Program-made: the position numbers and the translations under genes | The notes under the pieces: model-generated | Seen by the model: only the letters and a program-made list of their open reading frames with translations | Told to the model about the DNA's origin: nothing | The model's database searches: none | NCBI RefSeq assembly: GCF_018350175.1 | Contig: NC_058368.1 | Location: 220,102,001 to 220,166,000, forward strand | Source: Felis catus | Taxonomy: Eukaryota | DNA: 64,000 bases | Direction of reading: 5' to 3' | Shown: positions 1 through 13,746 of the stretch, piece after piece | Position numbering within the stretch: position 1 is the stretch's first letter | Layout of the letters: every line of letters starts with the position of its first letter

Positions 1-199
1 TTTGGGATCATAATGTTTATATAATTTTGAGAAAAGCTCTCTTTCTTAATCCTAATTAAATATTGTTATTATTCTTATCGAACTATTTATTGTATCAGAT
101 GTTTTCTTATTTCTTGGCGTGGTATTATACATCAAAGTTAAGCATCCATGGAAAACAGTATGAGGTTTACATGCAGGATATATATTGTGGTGCTTTGAT

Positions 200-515
200 A
201 AAAATATCTTGGAAATGTTAGAGATGTAGGGCTGAGTGTAGAAAGAAGTTGAATGGTAACACTATCATAACCAAGGTCTCAGCCTCTGTCTTTCCAGTTT
301 GATGCAACAGGGGAAAGGTCTTATATATCAAACATCACCTAGTCATTGCTTCCAGGCTGTTCCTGAGATTAGCTGCGCTCTTGAGTAAAGGGGCTCTCTT
401 TAGTTGAACGTCATCAGAGATACATTTAGCGGAGAGTCATTATCCCCAGGAGCTGGAGGAATGAGTGTCTCAGTCCTCTGGGAGGTCTGAACCCTGCAGT
501 ACAGAATCCACTACA
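200..515 (-). mobile_element. Old ERVL-class LTR (LTR16/LTR33-like), probable 3' LTR of the adjacent ERVL relic
   Basis: Ends in ...cagaatccactaca (reverse complement TGTAGTGGATTCTG), resembling the 5' start of LTR16/LTR33-type LTRs. Abuts ERVL-like internal sequence. Left boundary approximate. Confidence 0.5.
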
Positions 516-674
516 ATCCATTATGTTCCATCCTTTGCACTGCTTAGAGCCACCTATTTCATACAATATTCATAGCTAAGGTAGGTACTTCCCTTTAGAG
601 TCTGTTATCTTTTCCAGGAGAAATTGGTATGAATCAGGTACTGGGACAAACAATTCCAAGTCTGTAACTGATGC

Positions 675-753
675 TGTATTAGTCAGGGTTTTCCAGAGAA
701 AAAAGAACCAGAAGGATACATGTGTGTATATATGTATGTATGTATGTATGTAA

Positions 754-785
<32 letters not shown>

Positions 786-1356
786 TCACATTCATATTTA
801 TATTTATTTATATGTAGAGTTTATATATTTACATCTATCTCATACATATCATATATAAAATTTATATCCTATTATATATTATCTTCATAATATAGTTTAG
901 ATAGATAGATAGATAGATAGATGAAAATATTTCTTATGAAGAATCGGAGAAATGTGGTTTTGGAGTCTAAGATGTTCCATGATCTGCCTTCTCCAAGCTG
1001 GAGACCCAGGATAGCCAATGGTATAATTCAGTCTGAATCCAGAGGATTGAGAACCAGGGGAGGTGACAGTGTAAAATTTCAGTCGTAAGGGAGAAGAAGA
1101 TAAGAAGAGATGCCCTAGCACAATCAGTGAGACAGAAAAGGGGGGTAAAGTCTGTATTCGTGCACCTTTAGTTCAGTTCAGGTCCTCGTTGACTGGATGC
1201 TACCCAATCATATCATATTGGGAAGAGCAATCTACTTCATTAAATCCAATGATTCCAATACTAATCTCATGTGGAAAAGCTCTCATAGACACTCAGAAAT
1301 GTTTAATCTGGGCACCCTGTAGCCAGTCAAATTGACACCTAAGACTAATCATCACA
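675..1356 (-). mobile_element. MLT2-family (ERVL) LTR with internal (TA)n and (GATA)n tracts
   Basis: Starts tgtattagtcagggttttccagagaa and ends gtcaaattgacacctaagactaatcatcaca, the reverse complement of the typical MLT2 termini. Confidence 0.85.
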
Positions 1357-1699
1357 AATATGCATCACAGCCCTTTTCTATCAGCCCTTTCTTTCCCCTA
1401 ATCCTCATGTAGCTTCTCTGCTCATATCTATGGCTTATCTAACAGGACCAACTACCCTCTCATCTAAGAGGTCCCTAAGGCACTGATCACAAGACTTCCC
1501 AGGCCTTGCTTCTGCATTCATCTACTCACTACCGGGACTAGGTAGACGATTCAGAAGCAACACTTCAGTGGATCACCTGCGTACAAAGGTATTTGTCTCT
1601 GACCCTACTGTATAACAGCATCCTTACCTGTTGCTGATAATAACTTTCAATTACATGTCCCCAAACAATATTACAGTGTTCCCAGGACAATATCACAGA

Positions 1700-2208
1700 T
1701 TTTGTTTTAAAAATTGCCACAGTTGTATATCTATTTCCACGTGTTTTTTCTGAAACTTGAAAATTTCCCATCAAGAAGTGGAGTCTACTGTACTTCCTGT
1801 TAAGCCTGGCAGGTTTATGACTGCTTCACCAAGAGAAGGGTGGAAAAGACGATGTGTGATTGATGCTAGGTTTTCCTCTTTGCGGGATGCTTGCAGCTCT
1901 GGAAAAAACAGTCACCATGTTTTGATGAGGTCCTAACTCACCTGATAGATACATGGAAAGGGCCACAGAGAGAAAACCTGAGCTTTTAGCCAGTATCAAT
2001 CACTAGACATGAAAGTAAAACAATCCTTCAAATGATTCTAGACGAAGACTTTGGGTCTTCCTGCTGAAAATCCTCGTATCATGGAGGAGCCACCCACACT
2101 AGTTCTGTCGAAATTTCTGACCTTGAGAATCCATGACCATAATAAGAATGGTTTATGCTGTCAAGTTGTGGGACAAATAATTACACAGCAACAGAAAACC
2201 AGCAAGAT
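1700..2208 (+). mobile_element. MLT1-family MaLR LTR
   Basis: Motifs cccatcaagaagtggagtcta, gactgcttcaccaa and the 3' end ttacacagcaacagaaaac are typical of MLT1. Boundaries approximate. Confidence 0.65.
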
Positions 2209-5200
2209 AACTCCTTTCCAGCTAATCTCTTGTCACAAGGGGCTCCAAGTGACAGGGAAGTCTAAAGTTTAATGGAAATCTCCTTGTGGTTCCTGAGTTA
2301 AGCACTTCCATCCTGGAAACCAGCACCTATAAAGTCACAGAGCCTTGATTTGTGAGAAAGAAAGCCTGTATTCCTAAGTTATGGTCAGTGAAACCACTCC
2401 TAACTTCTATCCTTTGTTTCCTACACCACACATTCTGCCTATTTGGGACAAAGTCTCATAAAATGATTTATACTGTATCCTAGGGGATAGAACCCTGTTC
2501 TCAGACAGCATCATCTCCAAGCTGTTGTGTCAACCATGCCTTCAAGGGTCATGCTATCATTCTGAGATGGATAGTTTCTGAGGGGTATGACCTATGAGGT
2601 GGTCAACAGATGTCGTGGTTATATGCACGCTGCCAAAATTGCTTTAAGTAAGATAAGTTCTTTGAATGTGATGTTATGCAAAATCCTATGTCAATGTATC
2701 AAACACTATTTAAGTTATCAGACAGTGGAGCCTGCTGAGCCTCTTTGGTGAGAAAGCCAAACTCATACACAGAATATATGTCAATTACAGTGAAAGCAAA
2801 TCAGGCCCCTTCCTTACTGGAAGGCATTTAATATAATTCACTCGTTACTAAGTGGCTGGTTGGCCTTCTAAAGAGATCTTGCCCTTCTTAGCATTCATCT
2901 CAGTTGGTAGTGGGTTATATAATTGACATTCTCAGTGGCTAATACAGCATGGGTGAGTTGAGAGCTCATCCTGGTGGGTCCATCCATATGCTGATTATTG
3001 CCACCATAGGTACAATATTCATAAGCCTATTGTGCAGATATTTTGGTAATCAATAACAGGGACTGGCTGATATCTACTAGCTGACACCAGTTGACTCAGC
3101 TGGCTGGGTCATTATGTCTAATTTGTTGTTTACTTCTTCTATAGTGAGAATTCTCTAAAGAATGTTAACACGTGATACAAATAGTTTCATATTTCATGAA
3201 CACCTTCACAGGTCTGTCTATATGTTCCTCTCTCCTACACATACTTCCCAATCATCTTTCGTTCTTCTTTTTACCATCAGGCCTTACCAAAACATTTTCA
3301 ACTACCCAACTAACATACACATTCTAATCACAAGTCACATCTCTTTTGACACAAAGGATATCAACAGACCTATTTGAAACTCTTGCTTATTTGGGAGAAT
3401 AATCCCATGGCTCTGGCTTTCAGGACCACCCTAAATAGGCTGTACTGCAGTCACACATCATTTCCATCTTGCACTCACATTCTGTGTTGACCCATCCATG
3501 GCCATGAACCAGGCTTGGCCCTTTTCAACCTTAATCAGCTTGTTATAGGAAGCTTCTTTGCAGACATAGTTGTGAGCTGAGGGAGAGGCAATGGTCCAAT
3601 GATGGTGGGTTTCACAGACTGAGGCACTTGCTGTGTGACTCTCTTTTATTCTCTGTCCAATCTATGGCATATGGTTCATGTGAAATTTATATTAATACCA
3701 TATTTGAGTTGATTTCTGGTGGTTTTGCCCTCTTATGATTCCATAAGCCTAACAGAACCCATTTCTGGACACATGGACACTTCATCATGTAATCCTCCTC
3801 CAGAATTGGGTCCAGATAGAAGCTTTTTTTTTTTTTCAAATAGCCTGTAATTCTTTTGGCAGAAATAAGGATTTTTTTTCCAGAAGCCACTTAGGCTCCA
3901 TTTTTCCCCCTTTTAATGAAGCTTGCCATACACTACTCTTAGTTTCATGGAATTGTTTTCTACTAGAAAAATTTCTAAGTCTATAGTGTCTTTTCACTCA
4001 TGTGGTTAAAAGGAGAGATAGGACTATTTATACATGGTATGCACTTGCTTCAGAACCTGTTCTTACCCTAGACCCTATTCAAACCTGGCCGACTTATTTC
4101 TCCTTTTGTAAATGTGTTGGTACAGCATTTCAAAGTATTAAACATAATGTTTCCATAAACAGTTACTAGGTGTGTGTTCTTAGCGTTGGTAGGTGCAAAA
4201 TGCAATGATAATGTGTTTGTGTGTTTGTTTGTTGGTTTGTTTAGAAAGTTTTTTTTTTTTATGTCATGGTCAATTCCTGTAGATTACTAACCATTTCAGT
4301 GATGTGTTGGGCCCCTCAGTCATCACTGTGTTTATCTCCAACTATTGGCATTTTTTTTTAAAGAAGGTCTTCAATGTGCTACTCATCTGGGTGTCCTTTT
4401 CAATGCTGCCAATAATAGTGTAGATGCAAGAGACGTCAGGAACATCCTCTTAGATTTGCACATTAGGTTGTGGAAGTGTGGGAAATATAATTTTTTTCTA
4501 GATACAAATAAACCAAATATTTAACAGAATTCATTATTGAGAGGTAATATTACACGTGATTTTTTTTCCATTAGTTTCCTATGTTTTCCAAGCTATATAC
4601 CCTAATGGATATATTTTGCAATAATAAAAATAGCTAGCTAAAGCTACAAAAAAACAATAAAAGATGATGTGAAAATTAAATACATTTTTATGACTTCTAA
4701 TTATACATAGAAACCCTTGGGGGGGGTAACTTTCCCTGGGGCTAACATGGAGGTAATGTAATTGCTGTCAGAATGTTTATAATATGATGCTCTCTACATC
4801 TTATGTAAACCCAGTATTGTTAATTTTCTCATTAAAAAGGGTGAAAAGGCATGTAAGTGAGATACTATTTCTTAAGAGATCCTTTTTGTTGTTTTAGTTT
4901 AGTCAGAAAAAAAATAAGTGGAATTCACTTGACTTGAGCAAATAAAATGGCTTTTAGAAAATTATTCAAGTGAAGTGCTCTCTAGGGATGGTAATCATAA
5001 TATGGAGTGGTGCATTAGGGAGTGATGACCATGAAGTAAAGAAAGAAGGGAATCATTATCAATTAAAAAATAGTTTTAAATTATTTTAAAACATTAATGA
5101 AATATTCCCAAAGAAATATGGTAATCAGAAAAATGCAAACTACTGATTACACTTCAGTTAGCAGTGAATTTGCAGCATATGGTGCAATTAAATCTTTATG

Positions 5201-6179
5201 GATCAGTGAAAACTTAACGAAGGTGCTTTCCAAAGTCAGTGTTGAGATCACTCATGAAGTTAGAGAAACATGAAGGTCTTTTAAGTTACAGGAACTTTAT
5301 AAATCCATTGAAAAGTGATTCCTTTTTTAAAAAGGTATAATTTAATTTATTAAATTTCTCACAAATCGTTTTTAATTCATAAAATTCAGATAATCTAAAA
5401 AATAGAATAATGATTAAGCTACTGAAAAAAAAGAATAACTTGAAGAAAAGACAATTTTAACGTGTTTGAAATCTTCCCAAGCCACAATAGTTTCCTTTTG
5501 TATGTCAAGTTCGTTCTGTATTCCTTAATTTACCAGGAAATAGAATTATATGCAAATTCAAACAAATGGAATCAAGCGGAAAAAAACAAACTATTCTAAT
5601 GCTATTTAGCACCCAAACTAGAGCATTTGATAGTTCTCTAAGAACAGTGTGCCTTGAAAAACTATGCCTTTATTACATTTTCTTTTATAGGTTTTTCTGT
5701 TTCCTGAGAACTGAGACATAAGGAATATTTTGAAACCAAACAATACAGCTGATGGCGATATAAATATAGCCAATTTTATTAAATGGTTTCCTCATATAAA
5801 GGTTCATATTAACTGAATTTTAGAAAGAGCATAAACTGGAAATTTTATATTGAATTTTTACTATTACCATTATATGCAAGACAAAAGAAAATAGATATTT
5901 CCCTTGTGCAGTTAATATCATTGAAATATAAAGAGACTAGATCAATAATTTTAATTAAAATGGAGAATCTCTAACATCATTGTTAAATTTAAATCTAATT
6001 TAAATTATATAGAGATAATCTTTTAAAGAAAGAAAGAAATGTTTAACCTTAGGAAAGTTCATTAAATTTTTAGATAACTAGGTAAAATTAGATAATTTAT
6101 TAAATGCCCTTTGTAATATTATACATAAATTTTCAATTATGAATTTATTCATAAATTTAAAATTTTAACACACTGTCCT

Positions 6180-6186
6180 ACACACA

Positions 6187-6226
<40 letters not shown>
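6180..6226. repeat. (CA)n microsatellite
   Basis: Direct reading. Confidence 0.95.
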
Positions 6227-6227
<1 letters not shown>

Positions 6228-6935
6228 TTCAACCTATATTTTTATATGCCCTGTAATTTCGAATTCTAATAGAGTTTAAAATGATCCCAAAATATTTAAG
6301 CATACATATTTTCAAAGCATCATTTTAAGGAGGAAATTAAGTGATAAAAATGTCTCTTGAGTTTCAGCACAAGTGAATAGACAATATATTGACAAACATG
6401 ATATTTTCTTAAAAGTGAATTTGAAGAACAAGATACGAAATGAATACATAATGCTATGTAATAATGCTATGTAAGATAAATTATATATTCTATTTTATAT
6501 AGTATTGACACCATATACCATATATATTATACCATATACTATATATACACTGTATATCTTATACTATAATATATATAATATACCCATTATATGTCATATT
6601 ATATATAAATGCCACATAAATACTATACAGTTAGTATTGAGAGGTAACATTTTTGCAAATTTGTGTTAAATTTGTCAAAATTAAGGTGTAACTCTTTTGG
6701 TGCGTTTTCAGTATTCCTGACTGAACAATGGCCTTTTATTATGTATTATATTCATTACTAACTTATGCTTCATGCAAGTTAAATGATTTCAAGATTTTAT
6801 TGTTTTAATAACAAAATTGGAAAGCTCTTTCAAAAGCCTATGTGCATCAATGGAATATGTCAAGCAAAATCATTGCATATTACGTAGGAATGTGTCAATG
6901 AAATAATTCATATCACAGAATAAATGTTGGTGTAC

Positions 6936-7154
6936 TTTTTTTTTTTCAACGTTTATTTTTATTTTTGGGACAGAGAGAGACAGAGCATGTACGGGGGAGG
7001 GGCAGAGAGAGAGAGGCAGACACAGAATCGGAAACAGGCTCCAGGCTCCGAGCCATCAGCCCAGAGCCCGACGTGGGGGCTCAAACTCCCGGACCGCGAT
7101 ATCGTGACCTGGCTGAAGTCGGACGCTTAACCGACCGCGCCACCCAGGTGCCCC
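6936..7154 (-). mobile_element. Young Can-SINE (SINEC_Fc-type)
   Basis: T-run, (GA)n and tRNA-derived head ending ccacccaggtgcccc. Many CpGs retained. No TSD visible. Confidence 0.95.
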
Positions 7155-7626
7155 ATACAGAGTGAAAGAATTAAAGATTAATATTTTTCTGTAATTGTTT
7201 GGCTGAGACCAAACGATAATAGCTGATATTTCTTAAGGCCAGCAGACACCTAATTGTGGAATACTATATGCCTGTATTTCAAGGAATTATACCAGAAGTG
7301 GTTCTCATCAATGGATATTACTATCCATCTGTACATAGAAAATTGAGGACCATTACTCAAATAATTCCACACTTTTTATAAAACAAATTTCTGTAAATTA
7401 CTCCATTTTCTAGAAATTCATATTACCAATTACATTTTTTTTTCTGAATTTTGGTTAAGTGGTCCCAAAATACTTTGAGGTGTTTTTTGTTTTGTTTTTT
7501 TTTTTAATTGACAGAAGCCAAAAGATTTCAGATAGATTTTAGGTAGACAGGTAGATAGATTGATGGATTTCAAATGTGAGTTATTTTTGTTATAGTCTCA
7601 CATATCCCAGAAGTTCTGTTCTTTTT

Positions 7627-7843
7627 TTATTATTATTTTTAACATTTATTCATTTTTGAAAGGCAGAGAGAGACAGAGCATGAATGGGGGAGGGGCACAG
7701 AGAGAGGGACACAGAAACAGAAGCAGACTCCAGGCTCAGAGCTATCAGCACAGAGCCCGATGCAGGGCTCGAACTCACGGACCGCGAGATCATGACCTGA
7801 GCCGAAGTCAGCCACCCAACCGACTGAGCCACCCAGGCGCCCC
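7627..7843 (-). mobile_element. Can-SINE
   Basis: Full length; TSD agaag(t/c)tctgttctttt at 7609 and 7844. Confidence 0.95.
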
Positions 7844-8798
7844 AGAAGCTCTGTTCTTTTAAAAACAATTTTTCAGTACATTTATCTCTTATGTTAAGAT
7901 TAGGTATTTTCTGTCCTCATATTCACAGATTCTTTACTCAGTCCTTCCAATTTGCCATTGTACTCAGACGCTGAGGTTTTTTTTTCAACTGGCACCAGTT
8001 TTAATTCATTGTTTTTTGACAGCTACAAATATTTTAAGGTGTGGATATACTATAATTAATTTAGTCATTATCCTGATGGTGGCCGTTTATTATTTTTTCT
8101 TTCTCTCCACTCTGAACAATGCTGCCGTGCATATTTTTGTACATATTTTTTTATCCTGTGTTTTAGATAGTTTCCTCAGGAAGTTGTACAATGTAGCTAC
8201 AGCAAGTGCTTTTTTACAAATCTTCTTGAAACTGAGACCCTACCCCAGCTCTTAGCAGCTGTGAGAGCTTAAACAAGAGACTTCTCTTCTCCATCTCATG
8301 GTGTTATGAAGAGAAAATAAGACCATGTTTGCAAATCCCTTTACTTGGTGCCTGAAACATTAAGATTTTTATTCCAGTTGTTGTCTTTTTGAGTTCGAAG
8401 ATTTCCATTTGTCTCTTCTCTGTATCTTTATTTTCTTTGCTGAGACTCCTCTTTTGCTTATTCTAAGTCTTTACATCAACTCAATTGCCTCAAGCATGTT
8501 CATAATAGCTCATGAAGCATTTTTACGACGTCTGTTTTAAAATCCTTGTCAGATCATTCTAACATCTGTGTCATCTCAGGGCTGTCATCTGCTGACTCAA
8601 TTTCAGATTTTCCTGCTTCTAGCTATAATAGGTGATTTTTATTAAAACCTGAACATTATTGATATGAGACAAAATGGAATCTTATTTGGTGAAAGGGGGA
8701 TGCTGACTCTCTACTGTCAGGTTTGTTTTTTTTTTTTTCTTTTTGTTTTGTTGATTGGCTTTTCTTAAATTAGCTCTTGGGCTCTTCTTTGAAGTAAA

Positions 8799-8950
8799 GC
8801 AGTGGTTCAACTGTGCCTCTGAATCCCTTAGGGAGGTTGTTAAAACTCTGAGTTTCTACTTCAGAAGGTCTGCAGTGGTGTCGGAGGACCTGGTTTTCTA
8901 ACAAGGTCCTAGGTGGTGCAGATGATTTTGCTCTGGGACTAGAGAATCTG
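8799..8950. mobile_element. MER5-like hAT DNA transposon relic
   Basis: cagtggttc... and ttttctaacaaggtcctaggtggtgcagatg motifs. Confidence 0.55.
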
Positions 8951-11519
8951 GGTGATGGGAAATGGAAAATATTTGAGGCTGTTGAGTGACATAATAAACA
9001 ACTGAGGGTGACAGTTGTTGTGAGCAGGAGGTAAAAAGGAAGAGAGTCCAGCACAACTGTGGAGAGTAGAAAGAAAGGAAAATGCAAAATGTTCCTTACG
9101 GGCTGTCAAGGTAACTTTGGAATTTCTTTGAAACTACTTGTCACGAGCACTATGTGTCACTTCGAATAGTTCATCCAGTTTACAATGGATCTGGGGGTGA
9201 TTTGGGCTACATGAATTTTCCCTGACTTAAGGTAACTACTATATGGGGCTTCTCTTCTCTGGGGGGACAGGACATCAGCTTATGCCCATGGTACATCCCA
9301 TATCTCTAGCCCTCACAAGTTAGGTAAGTCTGTGACTTCTTTCTCTTTGTGTCCTTGTCCTGGCCAGTCTGAGAGCTGCCCAGGTGCAGAAGGATTCACT
9401 GAATTCAGTTCCCTTCTCTAACTGGGCCCAATACCTCCAGAGCCTAGCTTCAGGTATGCATGCCACTGTCTACCCCTGTCTGTTCTTCAAGGAGGACCCT
9501 GCGGCTTGGAGGGGTCCTTACAGCTCAAGAGAAAGCCCTCTATGTCTCGATGTTCCCAGATGAGATATCCATGTCAAGCAATTTCCACTAAATCAGACTC
9601 AGTTCTTCAGCCTATTCCCCATAGGTTAAGGACACTTTAAAAATAAGCCCTGAATTGGAATGAGCTTATCAAGCAGCACTATCCATTAATGAAATCACTT
9701 CCTGTTAATTTCGGTTTACTAAACAAATGGCTCCTGACAATCTGGCATCACTGTGATGATGCCCACCTCCCAGGAAGGCCAGGTTCTCCCCTTAGCCTCC
9801 ACTGACATGGATATTAGCACTCAGGCTCCTCGCTAATCTTCCACTGATATCAAACCAGATGCAAAAGGGAATGATGTCTGTTTACTGCTACTGTCACATG
9901 GTGGGGAAAGTCCTGACACTCTATTTGGCCTCCTCTGACACCACCCAGTGAGGAAGGGAAAGGGTGCCTCATTGCTATCAGGTGGGGTGTAAGTCCAGTT
10001 TCCCTAGGTTGACTTCCCTGACTTGAGGAGAGGAGAGTGACTAATTGGTAGAGATGGTCAACTCCTAGCTACCATGGCTTTGCATTCTCATCTCCATGGA
10101 AAATAAGTGATGAACATGAGGATGTTTTCCTTCTGTCATGACACCTACGGGCAGTGAGACATATTCCTAAGTAGCACATTTTACTTTCATAAATTTTTTG
10201 AGATGGAAGATAGAGTTCACCTAAGTAACTCTTTAACTAAAGCCTCAAATTTTAATAAAAGATAGAATTTTGGTTCTTTATTTCAACTTTTTATAGCTAT
10301 GTTAAGTTTTTTATGTCCTATATATTTTTTTTTTGTATTGTCTAAATAGAACCACAGATGTTTAATGCTGGAAAATGTATTAGAGGAGTTTCCAAAATAA
10401 TCCCCTGGGTTCCAAAACTGAGAAAAATAATTTAGAATTGTTTAGACCAAGGGAACACAGCTATTAATGACACATTTGTAGGGTATAGTGAAATTTAATT
10501 TCCTTCACAGTAATTTCATTGAAGAAACCCATTCTTATAGTTAATATACAATTGGATTCTCTTCCATATCATGTTTGCTATAATCACATAGCAATGTTTC
10601 ATTTTCTTTGATTATGTATGACATGATTTGTGCATATGTGTGCTTGTAAAAGTGAAACTGGTAAGTTCTGGTCTTATCCTATCTACAATAAAAAACTATT
10701 CCAAAAGTGACTTTGTTTCCAGGGATTTCAGCTTATGTGAAATGAAGATGCAAAATGCGCTTTGTTTCATTAATACGTGGCATTTGCTAAGCTGGTGAGT
10801 ATAAACTTGGGATGCCTGGTGCCATCAATGTAAAAAAGCAATCCAGTTGTTTCATGGAAGTCCATAAAATTGATGACAACATCCGCTCCAATGATCTGTA
10901 TTACTCAGCGTGAAGTGTCTTAATACTGGCCAGATTTTTTTTTTTTAACTTCAAGGGATAAAAGGTAATTACATACAATTGTACATTATATTGGATACTT
11001 CTCATTTTATTATTTTGCACTCTAATACTCTAGATATATTACTTTAAGACACTTTATCCTACCTTTTAAAATGTTAACTGAATCATTTGGGATATTTTCC
11101 CCACATCACCTTCCACCCTAGTTTGCTGAAAAAGATTATTTCCAAACCTATTCTATTTTCCTTAACTTATCTTTATCTGAGGAAAAAGCATTTTTGTAGT
11201 TTATTTCCACAAGTCTTTTCTTACATTGTTTTGCTTAACTTCAATAATAAGCAAATTTAAATTATAGGTGATATAGTATAAAATATATTTCCGAATTTAC
11301 TTTTTCTCAGAATCATAACTTCATATTTAAAAAAATTCCATCCTCTGTGTAGTCATCCTTTAATAATAAGAGTGTACATGAAGTAAAATTAAGGTGTGAA
11401 GAGAGGCCTGTAAGAATATTTTGCCCAATACTAGGTACTTTTCTAACACTACAAAATCAAATGATTAAAAAATAATTACACAAATTTTAGTTTTGTATGT
11501 TTAAAATAGTTGAGAATCA

Positions 11520-11731
11520 GGGACACCTGGGTGGCTCAGTCAGTTGAGCATCCGACTTTGGCTCAGGTCATGATCTCTCAGTTCGGGGGTTTGAGCCCCG
11601 CGTTGGGTTCGTGCTGACAATTCAGAGCCTGGAGCCTGCTTCAGGTTCTGGAACTGCTGTTCTATCGCCCGTCCCCCACTCACTCTCTTTCTCTCTCTCA
11701 AAAATAATAAATAAACATTAAAAAATATTAA
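11520..11731 (+). mobile_element. Can-SINE
   Basis: ggggacacctgggtggctcagtc head, (CT)n, A-tail; degenerate TSD aaaatagtt..aatc. Confidence 0.95.
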
Positions 11732-11980
11732 AAAATAGTTACAAATCAATTAGCAAAATGATAAAAAAATGAAGATTGGGGATCGGACTCCCTTGGATTC
11801 CAAATTAGAATGTCTTATTTTGGATCAAGGAATCTGCCTCCCAGTATCATTGGAAATACTGACAAAAGGAGTCCACAAATCACATTTTGAGACTGAGGGA
11901 AAAGACAGGATATTTTCCACTTTGTAAGATATGAGAATTAGATAGAATCAAATTACTTGACTTTCTGATTTAATTATATG

Positions 11981-12517
11981 TTTTTAAATTTACATTCAAG
12001 TTAGCTAACATACAGTGCAATATTGGTTTCAGAAGTAGAATTTTGTGATTCACCACTTACATACAACAGTGATCATCCCAACAAGTGTCCTCCTTAATGT
12101 CAATAACCCATCTCATCCCCAGCCCACCTCCCCTCCAGCAACCCTCAGTTTGTTCTCTGTAGTTAAGAATCTCTTATGACTTGCCTCCCTCTCTGTTTTT
12201 ATTTTTCTTTCTCTTCCACTATGTTCCTCTGTTTTGTTTCTTAAATTCCACATGAGTGAAATCATATGATATTTGTCTTTCTCTGACTGACTTATCTCAC
12301 TTAGCATAATACAATACAGTTCCATCATGTTGTTGCAAATGACAAGATTTCATTCTTTTTGATCACTTTTTGATCTACTACATATATGTATATACATACA
12401 TATATATATGTATATATATAACACATATATATATGTATATATATGTATATATGTATATGTATATATATACATATATATGTGTGTATATATATATACATAT
12501 ATATGTATGTTTTAGCC

Positions 12518-12562
<45 letters not shown>

Positions 12563-13490
12563 CACACCACATCTTCTTCATCCATCCATCGGTCAATTGA
12601 CATTTGGGCTCTTCCTAAAATTTCACTATTGTTGATACCACTGCTATAAACATTGGGGTGCATGTGCCCTTTCAAGTCAGCACTTTTGTATCCTTTGAAT
12701 AAATACCTAGTAGTACAATTATTGGGTCATAGGATACTTCTATTTTTAATTCTTTGAGGACGCTTAGTACTGTTCTCCAGTGTAGCTGGACCAGTTTACA
12801 TTCCCACCAATGGTGCAAACATGTTCTCCTTTCTCCACATCCTTGCCAACATCTGTTGTTTCCTGAGTTGTTAATTTTCGCCATTCTGACAGGTGTCAGG
12901 TGGTATCTCATTGTGGTTTTGATTTGTATTTCCCTGATGACGAGTGATGTTGAGCATCTTTTTATGTGTCTGTGAGCCATCTGAATGTCTTTGGAAAAGT
13001 GTCTATGCATGTCTTTTGCCCATTTCTTCACTGGATTTTTTTTTGGGGGGTGTTGAGTTTGATAAGTTCTATATGGATTTTGGATACTAACCCTTTATCC
13101 AATATGTTATTTGCAAATATTTTCTATTTCGTTGGTTTCCTTTTAGTTTTGTTGATTGTTTTCTTTGCTGTGCAGAAGCTTTTAATCTTGATGAGATCAT
13201 TCATTTTTGCTTTTGTTTCCCTTGCTTCCAGAGACATAGTTAGTAAGAAGTTGTTGCAGCCAAGGTCAAAAAGGTTGCTGCCTGTGTTCTCCTCTAGGAT
13301 TTTGATGGTTTACTGTCTTATATTTCTATCTTTCATTCATTTTGAATTTATTTTTGTGTAAAGTGTAAGAAAGTGGTCTGGTTTCATTCTTCTGTATGTC
13401 ACTGTCCAGTTTTCCCAACACGATTTGCTAAAGACACTTTTTTCCATTAGATATTCTTTTTTCTTTTGTCAAAGATTAGTTGGCCATTTG
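11981..13490 (-). mobile_element. 5'-truncated carnivore L1 (ORF2 C-terminus plus 3' UTR)
   Basis: ORF 12672..13031 has the L1 ORF2 motifs [12 protein letters not shown] and [21 protein letters not shown]. The 3' UTR and T-tail lie on the left. Confidence 0.95.
12376..12565. repeat. Compound (TA)n/(TATG)n microsatellite inside L1
   Basis: Direct reading. Confidence 0.95.
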
Positions 13491-13550
13491 TAGACCTATT
13501 TATGGCATGTCAATTAATAGGTCTTACATTTTAATGTTTAAGAAAAATAA

Positions 13551-13746
13551 TATTTATTTATTTTTGAGAAAGAGACACAGAGTGCAAACAGGGGAGGGAC
13601 AGAGAGAGAGGAAGACACAGAATTTGAAAGGCTCCAGGCTCTGAGTATCAGCAGAGAGGCTGATGTGGGGCTCAAACTCACGAACCTTGAGATCATGACC
13701 TGAGCCGAAATTGGATGTTTAACCTACTGAGCCACCCAGGCACCCC
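13551..13746 (-). mobile_element. Can-SINE
   Basis: (GA)n plus head ending gccacccaggcacccc. Confidence 0.9.

Larger units (their letters stand above)
516..4450 (-). mobile_element. Degenerate ERVL internal region (pol, RNase H/integrase junction), interrupted by MLT2 and MLT1 LTRs
   Basis: Minus-strand translation from 3190 gives MKLFVSRVNIL*RILTIEEVNNKLDIMTQPAES, similar to ERVL pol VKIFVSHVNAHQR..EEDFNNQVDRMT. The ~3300-3460 region also resembles ERVL RNase H. Many stops and frameshifts; boundaries approximate. Confidence 0.65.

Noticed and set aside
9104..9739. Possible solo LTR bounded by TGTCA...TGACA
   Set aside because: No matching TSD and no family I could recognise; needs a Dfam search.
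12325..12675. YI/IY-repeat ORFs (also 62417-62608)
   Set aside because: Translations of (TA)n microsatellites.
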